Below, one piece after another: positions 57,809 to 64,000 of a stretch of DNA of 64,000 bases (positions are counted from its first letter, which is position 1; each line of letters begins with the position of its first letter). Position numbers and translations under genes: made by a program. This DNA is from Ilumatobacteraceae bacterium (GTDB taxonomy: Bacteria; Actinomycetota; Acidimicrobiia; Acidimicrobiales; Ilumatobacteraceae). The stretch covers positions 28,357-92,356 of the forward strand of contig JBIITN010000004.1 of assembly GCA_044340485.1 (NCBI GenBank), read 5' to 3'. The notes below the pieces were generated by a model. It was not told where the DNA came from and did no database searches. It saw nothing but the letters and a program-made list of their open reading frames with translations.

Positions 57809-59425
57809 TCAGGCGAACACAAAACCTCTGTAATCCTCTGCGGCCACGTTGTCACAAATCTCACGATAGGGACCTACGCCTCCGAGATACGGCAAGAACA
57901 CACGTGGTTTACCAGGAACATTGGCGCCCATGTACCACGAATTTGCTAATGGATATAGTGATGCGTTACCCACATCAGAACTGTGATGGATCCACTCATC
58001 TTGTGCCTGCTGTGTTGCCTCAATCACTGAACGACCCTTGTCGCGCATGGTGACAAACAAATCCGTCAACCAATCAACGTGTTGCTCGATGGACACCATC
58101 ATGTTCGACAGCACTGACGGGCTCTGTGGGCCCGTAATGGTGTACATGTTCGGGAAGTTTGCGATTGCAAGACCCAGATATGTGGTGGGACCATCTTTCC
58201 ACTGGTCTGCGAGATTGGTTCCGTTCCTACCGCGGATGTCAATCTTCAAGATTGAGCCAGTCATCGCATCGAAACCAGTTGCAAAGACAATGGCATCGAA
58301 CTCGAAACTCTCGTCTGTTGTCTTAATGCCAGTGGGCGTGATCTCGGTGAGCGGTGTCTTGCGGAGGTTTACTAAGCGAACATGATCCAAGTTGTAGGTG
58401 GCGTAATAGTCGGTGTCAACACACGGACGTTTCGTACCAATCGGATGGTCGTATGGGCACAATGCTTCAGCAATTTCTGGATCTTGCACGATGGAGCGGA
58501 TCTTATTGCGGAAGAAATCTGCAACAACATCGTTTGCTTTCTTGTCGATAAGAACGTCTTCAAATGACGCGATCATTCTCATGAAGTCAGCCGTATCCCA
58601 TGCATTATTAAGGATCTTTTGCTGCTCGTCTGACGACACGGAAAATGTCGGCACTGGTGTGAAGTCAAATGGGATGCCGTTTGCCGATACCTTCGCACGT
58701 TGCCGATGCTCGCGATAGTTCGACTTCACTTCGGACACCTCTTTGGTTTCCAACTTGCGGTTTCCGGCAGGCCCAGAAAAGTTTGGTGTGCGTTGGAACA
58801 CAGTGAGCTGTTTTGCTTGTTTTGCAATAAGTGGAATCGACTGAATTGCTGATGAACCGGTTCCGATCACAGCAACGCGCTTTCCTGTGAAGTCGACACC
58901 CTCATGCGGCCACAGTGATGTCTGATACTTGGGTCCTTTGAAACTCTCGATACCGGGAATCTCGGGAAGTTTTGGTGTTGACAGAGTTCCAACTGCCAGC
59001 ACGAAATGTTGCGTGTCAATCACGTCGCCTTTGTCAGTTGTGACTGTCCAACGCCCACGCGCATCGTCGAAAATTGCTGAGGTAATTGCCGTTTCAAACT
59101 TCATGTTGGGCCACAAGTTGTAACGCTCTGCAACATGATTTGCGTATCTCAGAATCTCTGGTTGAGTGGCGTACTTCTCTGTCCACTCCCACTCTTGTTC
59201 CAACTCGGGATCGAATGAGTACGAGTAATCAAGTGAGCGCACATCACAACGTGCACCTGGATAACGGTTCCAGTACCACGTACCGCCAACTCCGCTTGCT
59301 TTGTCAAACACCTGAACCTGGAAACCCAAACTACGTAAACGGTGAAGTAGGTACATGCCGGCAAAACCAGCTCCTACGACGACGACATCTTGTGTCGATG
59401 TGACTGCTTTGGTTGACATAACCAA
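57809..59425 (-). CDS. type I Baeyer-Villiger monooxygenase (paralog B)
   Basis: Same motifs as paralog A; the fingerprint is FKGPKYQTSLWP. Confidence 0.9.
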   Translation of the reverse strand: MVMSTKAVTSTQDVVVVGAGFAGMYLLHRLRSLGFQVQVFDKASGVGGTWYWNRYPGARCDVRSLDYSYSFDPELEQEWEWTEKYATQPEILRYANHVAERYNLWPNMKFETAITSAIFDDARGRWTVTTDKGDVIDTQHFVLAVGTLSTPKLPEIPGIESFKGPKYQTSLWPHEGVDFTGKRVAVIGTGSSAIQSIPLIAKQAKQLTVFQRTPNFSGPAGNRKLETKEVSEVKSNYREHRQRAKVSANGIPFDFTPVPTFSVSSDEQQKILNNAWDTADFMRMIASFEDVLIDKKANDVVADFFRNKIRSIVQDPEIAEALCPYDHPIGTKRPCVDTDYYATYNLDHVRLVNLRKTPLTEITPTGIKTTDESFEFDAIVFATGFDAMTGSILKIDIRGRNGTNLADQWKDGPTTYLGLAIANFPNMYTITGPQSPSVLSNMMVSIEQHVDWLTDLFVTMRDKGRSVIEATQQAQDEWIHHSSDVGNASLYPLANSWYMGANVPGKPRVFLPYLGGVGPYREICDNVAAEDYRGFVFA

Positions 59426-59543
59426 ACCCCCTATGGCTCTTTGACGGCCGCGTCGGACCGATCAAACCTTCACCACCCCCCAGTGGCGAATTGAGATCAA
59501 CGTATCACATATTTGCACAGCACAATGATCGGACAGACAGCAC

Positions 59544-59573
59544 AGAGCCGGCGTCCCAGGAGACGCCGGCTCT
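59544..59573 (-). terminator. hairpin AGAGCCGGCGTC-n6-GACGCCGGCTCT after esterase 1
   Basis: 12-bp perfect GC-rich stem 39 nt past the stop. No clear U-tract. Confidence 0.5.
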
Positions 59574-59611
59574 GATTGAACTGATATGTACGTTGATTAA
59601 CGCGTAGAGAT

Positions 59612-60562
59612 CTACGGGCGAGGTGGCCACACGTTCACGGAATAGCGCAAATGTCGGCCAGCGTCGTCATAGGCAGCGGTTGCTGATGGAAACACTCCGC
59701 CCATTTGAAAAAACCCGTGAATCTGACCATCAAAACGAGTGAGGTGGACATCTACGCCATGTTCTTTCAATTTGTTGGCATACGCCTCGCCCTCATCGCG
59801 CAAGGGATCGAATTCCGCGGTGTACACAATTGCCGGCGGCAGACCTTTTAAGTCTTTTGCTTGCAACGGACTGGCGTACGGGTTCTTGCCATCTGCTGGG
59901 CTCGCCAAGTAGTGATCCCAGAACCATTCCATCATGTCTTTGGTAAGTAGGTAGTTGTCGCCATTGTCCTTGTAGGAGACGGTGTCGTAGGCGTGATTTG
60001 TCACTGGGTACACAAGCAATTGCAACTGGATATTTGAAAGACCCTCATCACGAGCCTTCAATGCAACAGCAGCAGCAAGATTTCCTCCTGCAGAGTCTCC
60101 ACCCACGGCAAGCTTCATCGGATCAACTTTGACTGATTCTCCATTTTCAGCAAACCATTTAAATACTGCGTAGCAATCGTTGAATGGAGTCGGGAACTTA
60201 TGTTCTGGAGATAAACGATATTCCACATTTGCAACACGACAACCACCGCGCGATGCAATTGCATTACATGCGGGAGACAGACTTGCACGATCGCCTATCA
60301 CCCAACCACCACCGTGGTAATAAATGAGGCAACCTGATACTCCGTAAAGCCCACGAGGCGTAATCAAAGTAACCAGAATTTCTCCACCTTCAACAGGAAT
60401 GGAGATCTCTTGTGTCTCTGCAACTGGTTCAGCTTCTCCAGCTAGAGCTGCGAAACCTTCTGCTGCTTGTCTCGCTTCATTTGGAGCCAACGTGTTCAAC
60501 GGTGGCGCACCCGCTTCTTCCATTTGTTGAAGTAGTCCCGCTGCGATTGGATCTAATGGCAT
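59612..60562 (-). CDS. alpha/beta hydrolase, HSL-family (family IV) esterase (paralog 1)
   Basis: YYHGGGW oxyanion motif, the GDSAGG nucleophile elbow, DPLRDEG, and GQIHGFF. Confidence 0.9.
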   Translation of the reverse strand: MPLDPIAAGLLQQMEEAGAPPLNTLAPNEARQAAEGFAALAGEAEPVAETQEISIPVEGGEILVTLITPRGLYGVSGCLIYYHGGGWVIGDRASLSPACNAIASRGGCRVANVEYRLSPEHKFPTPFNDCYAVFKWFAENGESVKVDPMKLAVGGDSAGGNLAAAVALKARDEGLSNIQLQLLVYPVTNHAYDTVSYKDNGDNYLLTKDMMEWFWDHYLASPADGKNPYASPLQAKDLKGLPPAIVYTAEFDPLRDEGEAYANKLKEHGVDVHLTRFDGQIHGFFQMGGVFPSATAAYDDAGRHLRYSVNVWPPRP

Positions 60563-60634
60563 TGTGTTTCTCCTTGTTCCTCGTTGGCAACCCCCGCTAC
60601 CAACGTCGATGTACTGTCACGTGTGAAGTACAAG

Positions 60635-60647
60635 TTGACGACGTCAA
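60635..60647. promoter_or_regulatory. palindrome TTGACG-a-CGTCAA upstream of esterase 1
   Basis: Read from the sequence, 73-85 nt upstream of ATG 60562. Confidence 0.35.
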
Positions 60648-60827
60648 TGTCGTCTCCCCTACTTCCCGACCGTAGCAAGAATTTTCACACCCAAATTCCA
60701 CGACGCCCGCCCCACAAATACCCATTGGTAGAAACAACGTGGTGGGTGAAGTCATCGGAAAATGACAAGTGGCCGACACACCGAAAGGCATGCCGACCAC
60801 TGTTGTCAATTATCTGTGTGTACAGAA

Positions 60828-61760
60828 TCAGGCAAGCGCCTTCTTCATGTGGTTGGCAGCATCTGCATATGCATCAGACGCTGCTGGGAACACGCCACCC
60901 ATCTGGAAGAACGCATGGATCTGTCCGTCATACCGCTTTGAGTGAACGAGGAGACCAGCATCTTTCAGACGTGCAGCATATGCTTCGCCTTCGTCACGCA
61001 ATGGATCGAACTCTGCGGTATACACCACTGCTGGAGCAATGCCTTTCACGTCGGCAGCTTGCAATGGGCTCACGTATGGGTTCTTACTATCTGCTGGGCT
61101 CGCCAAGTAATGATTCCAGAACCATTCCATCATCGAACGGGTGAGCAAATAGTTTTCGCCATTGTCTTTGTATGACTGTGTTCCGTATGAGTGGTCTGTC
61201 ACTGGATACACCAACAACTGCAATTTCAGTCCCGACACCTTTTCGTCACGGGCTTTCAGCGCAACTGCTGCGGCAAGGTTTCCACCAGCTGAGTCTCCGC
61301 CAACAGCAAGCTTGGTGGGGTCAACACCCACTGATGCGCCATTTTGTGTGAACCACTTGAAAACTGCGTAGCAATCATCGAATGGAGCGGGGAACTTATG
61401 CTCTGGTGCCAATCGGTATTCCACGTTTGCAACGCGCATTCCCGAGCGGGCAGCAAGTTGATGACATGCCGGATCAAGCGTGCTGCGGTCACCGATAACC
61501 CAACCACCACCGTGGTAGTAAATCAAACAACCAGAGGTTGCTGCTGCACCCTTTGGAGTGATCAAGGTAACGAGGATGTCGCCACCAGGACCAGGAATCT
61601 TCAATTCCTTTGTCTCTTGCACTTCTTCAAGTTCGCCAGCAAGAGCGGCGAAACCGGCAGCGGCTTCACGAGCTTCTGGTGGTGCAAGGGAATCAATCGG
61701 CGGTGCGCCTGCTTCTTCCATTTGCTGAAGCAGTCCGGCTGCGATGGGATCTAATGGCAT
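60828..61760 (-). CDS. alpha/beta hydrolase, HSL-family esterase (paralog 2)
   Basis: YYHGGGW, GDSAGG, DPLRDEG, GQIHAFF. The first 21 residues are identical to esterase 1. Confidence 0.9.
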   Translation of the reverse strand: MPLDPIAAGLLQQMEEAGAPPIDSLAPPEAREAAAGFAALAGELEEVQETKELKIPGPGGDILVTLITPKGAAATSGCLIYYHGGGWVIGDRSTLDPACHQLAARSGMRVANVEYRLAPEHKFPAPFDDCYAVFKWFTQNGASVGVDPTKLAVGGDSAGGNLAAAVALKARDEKVSGLKLQLLVYPVTDHSYGTQSYKDNGENYLLTRSMMEWFWNHYLASPADSKNPYVSPLQAADVKGIAPAVVYTAEFDPLRDEGEAYAARLKDAGLLVHSKRYDGQIHAFFQMGGVFPAASDAYADAANHMKKALA

Positions 61761-61811
61761 GATGTCTCCTCATGTTGAATAGTTGCGACACATCCTAAAT
61801 GTCGCGACCTG

Positions 61812-61828
61812 TTGCACGTTACGTGCAA
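61812..61828. promoter_or_regulatory. palindrome TTGCACGT-t-ACGTGCAA upstream of esterase 2
   Basis: Read from the sequence, 52-68 nt upstream of ATG 61760. Confidence 0.4.
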
Positions 61829-62015
61829 GAAATGATTTGTGCTGCATCAAGTAACAGCAATAAGTAATTACGAAACGTAATTCAAACGAATCCTGCTCGT
61901 TGCATGCACACTTGCGCACACAACGAGCAGGTCGTCTGAGGTTAAATCAGCGAAATGTTTAATTTCGCATATGAACTAAGTATCAATGAAAAGCTGTTGT
62001 AGCTACAGGCTTCGC

Positions 62016-63626
62016 TCAGGAAAGAACAAAGCCGGGGTAACCAGCAGCTGCGATTTCATCACACTTTTCACGGTATGGACCTACACCGCCGAGGTATGGC
62101 AAGAACACGCGTGGCTTGCCAGGAACGTTGGCACCCATGTACCAAGAGTTCGCCAGCGGATACAACGTTGCGTTTCCAACCTCTGCGTTGTGTGCCACCC
62201 ACTCGTCCTGAGCTGACTGAGTTGCCTCAATGACCTTCTGGCCTTTGTCGCGCATTGTGACGAACAAATCAGTGACCCAGTCGATGTGCTGCTCGATCGA
62301 CACCATCATGTTCGAAAGCACTGAAGGGCTTTGCGGACCGGTGATGGTGTACATGTTCGGGAAGTTTGCAACCGAGATACCAAGGTATGTGGTTGGGCCG
62401 TCTTCCCACTGATCTGACAACTTACGACCACCCTTACCGCGGATGTCAATCTTCAAGAGTGATCCAGTCATTGCGTCGAAGCCAGTTGCATACACAATGG
62501 CATCAAACTCGAACTGCTCATCAGTTGTATTGATGCCGTTAGGTGTGATTTCAGTGATTGGTGTCTTCCGCAAGTTCACCAAACGCACATGCTCAAGGTT
62601 GTACATGGCGTAGTAGTTGGTATCGAGGCAAGGACGCTTGGTGCCAACTGGGTGATCGTATGGGCAAAGCGCCTCAGCAACTTCTTGATCTTTCACGATC
62701 GTGCGAATCTTGTCACGAATGAAGTCAGCTGCTGTGTCGTTTGCTTTCTTGTCGATGAGGATGTCGCTGTATGCGCCAATCAAACCAACAAGGTCACCAC
62801 GATCCCAACCGCCTTGGAACGTCTTACGACGATCTTCTTCGGTCACGCTGAATGCGGGAACTTGTTCAAAGTTAATTGGCTGACCAAAGAACGATGTTTG
62901 CTGGGCGATGCGGTAGTTGCGGTAGTCACTCTTTACTTCGTGAATCTCTTCCTTGGTGAGTGCACGGTTACCAGCAGGCATCGAGAAGTTCGGTGTGCGC
63001 TGGAAAACGGTCATCTGCTTTGCTTGTGCAGCAATAAGTGGGGCCGACTGGATAGCCGATGAACCAGTTCCGATCAATGCAACACGCTTGCCGGTGAAGT
63101 CAACACCTTCGTGTGGCCACAGTGATGTTTGGTAGGTCTCACCCTTGTAGGACTGGATACCTGGAATTTCTGGCAACTTAGGAGTCGACAAAGTACCTAC
63201 TGCCAACACGAAGTGCTGTGCATCAATAACATCACCCTGGTCGGTCTCGATTGTCCAACGCTGACGTGAATCGTCCCATGTGGCAGATGTGATTGCAGTG
63301 TTGAACTGGATGTCGGTACGCAAGTTGTAACGATCTGCTACGTGGTTTGCATACTTCAAGATTTCTGGTTGTGGTGCGAACTTCTCGGTCCACTCCCACT
63401 CTTGTTCGAGTTCTGGGTCGAAAGAGTATGAGTAATCAAGCGAACGAATATCACAACGTGCACCGGGATAACGGTTCCAGTACCACGTGCCACCTACACC
63501 AGCTGCCTTGTCATATACGCGAGCTGAAAAACCAAGGCCACGCATACGATGCAACAAGTACATTCCAGCAAAGCCTGCTCCGACGATGAAAACATCGTGA
63601 GAAGCTGTGAACTTCTTATCTGACAT
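62016..63626 (-). CDS. type I Baeyer-Villiger monooxygenase (paralog C)
   Basis: Start at MSDKKF... by paralog alignment. Same motifs as paralogs A and B; the fingerprint is YKGETYQTSLWP. Confidence 0.9.
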   Translation of the reverse strand: MSDKKFTASHDVFIVGAGFAGMYLLHRMRGLGFSARVYDKAAGVGGTWYWNRYPGARCDIRSLDYSYSFDPELEQEWEWTEKFAPQPEILKYANHVADRYNLRTDIQFNTAITSATWDDSRQRWTIETDQGDVIDAQHFVLAVGTLSTPKLPEIPGIQSYKGETYQTSLWPHEGVDFTGKRVALIGTGSSAIQSAPLIAAQAKQMTVFQRTPNFSMPAGNRALTKEEIHEVKSDYRNYRIAQQTSFFGQPINFEQVPAFSVTEEDRRKTFQGGWDRGDLVGLIGAYSDILIDKKANDTAADFIRDKIRTIVKDQEVAEALCPYDHPVGTKRPCLDTNYYAMYNLEHVRLVNLRKTPITEITPNGINTTDEQFEFDAIVYATGFDAMTGSLLKIDIRGKGGRKLSDQWEDGPTTYLGISVANFPNMYTITGPQSPSVLSNMMVSIEQHIDWVTDLFVTMRDKGQKVIEATQSAQDEWVAHNAEVGNATLYPLANSWYMGANVPGKPRVFLPYLGGVGPYREKCDEIAAAGYPGFVLS

Positions 63627-63734
63627 TGATCTACCCCCCAGATAGATAAGCCTGCTCCCTACAGTGGTCACAGGTTGTTGGTTTGAACCGTAGCAATTTT
63701 GCTTGTACTGGTCAAACGGAAGCGTCAGAAATAT

Positions 63735-63983
63735 TCACTCCTGCGAGGCGGGAACATACGCCAAAATGACCAGGCGAGACCCCTCTGGGACGGGACCTGA
63801 TGGCTGGATCAGCTGACCCTCTGAGAGGTCGGGCTCATCAATAATAAGGAGCGCTATTGATTGCCCTCGGCGATAGAAAAACTGAGCTGATTCCACAGCA
63901 CCTTTAGCGTCGGAGTTTTCTGGGGAGAACCCTGCACCTGCTAGCCGCGTCACGTAGTCGTTGTATGTGGCGTCTGCCGTCAA
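63735..63983 (-). CDS. hypothetical protein (the frame stays open to the window end, so the 5' end may be missing)
   Basis: ORF only, with a TTG start in the track. No stop lies upstream before position 64000. Confidence 0.3.
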   Translation of the reverse strand: MTADATYNDYVTRLAGAGFSPENSDAKGAVESAQFFYRRGQSIALLIIDEPDLSEGQLIQPSGPVPEGSRLVILAYVPASQE

Positions 63984-64000
63984 TATGGTGGCACGATATT

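Noticed and set aside
42039-63671. Island as a mobile element (genomic island, transposon or ICE)
   Set aside because: No integrase, transposase, tRNA attachment site or flanking direct repeats were recognised. The duplications look like in-place tandem paralog expansion.
1-64000. rRNA, tRNA and CRISPR arrays
   Set aside because: No cloverleaf-like or rRNA-like stretches were seen in the non-coding gaps. There are no short regularly spaced direct repeats. The only periodic repeats are the ~1.5-kb gene-sized units.

Overview
This window reads like a chromosomal segment of an Actinomycetota-type genome (lineage is an inference from gene content and order). No rRNA, tRNA, CRISPR array, transposase or integrase was recognised.

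- **1-32 kb, core genes.** It holds an edge-truncated ADP-forming acyl-CoA synthetase, a TetR/desaturase divergent pair with a perfect palindromic operator, tkt-tal, typA, rnd, cmk-plsC, a GuaB1-like gene, sua5, ctaA, an M23 peptidase and panBC.
- **33.7-42.0 kb, a tightly coupled six-gene operon.** It encodes an M20 carbamoylase-type amidohydrolase, a D-carbamoylase-like CN-hydrolase, an N-terminally short SsnA-like amidohydrolase and a three-subunit xanthine-dehydrogenase-family molybdoenzyme. A class-III aminotransferase and a TauE/SafE permease lie divergently.
- **42.0-63.7 kb, a paralog-rich accessory island and the most interesting part.** It contains:
  - a HAPMO-like long Baeyer-Villiger monooxygenase (BVMO);
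  - a DUF35 / SCP-x-type thiolase / EthD unit;
  - LivF plus a LivH-LivM-LivG triple-fusion ABC protein;
  - four tandem lipoprotein LivK-type binding-protein paralogs with mosaic, gene-conversion-like structure;
  - three paralogous short BVMOs whose fingerprint histidine is glutamine;
  - two HSL-family esterases.

  GTGA-N6-TCAC inverted repeats (CRP/FNR geometry) recur through the island, and nearly every gene has its own hairpin.
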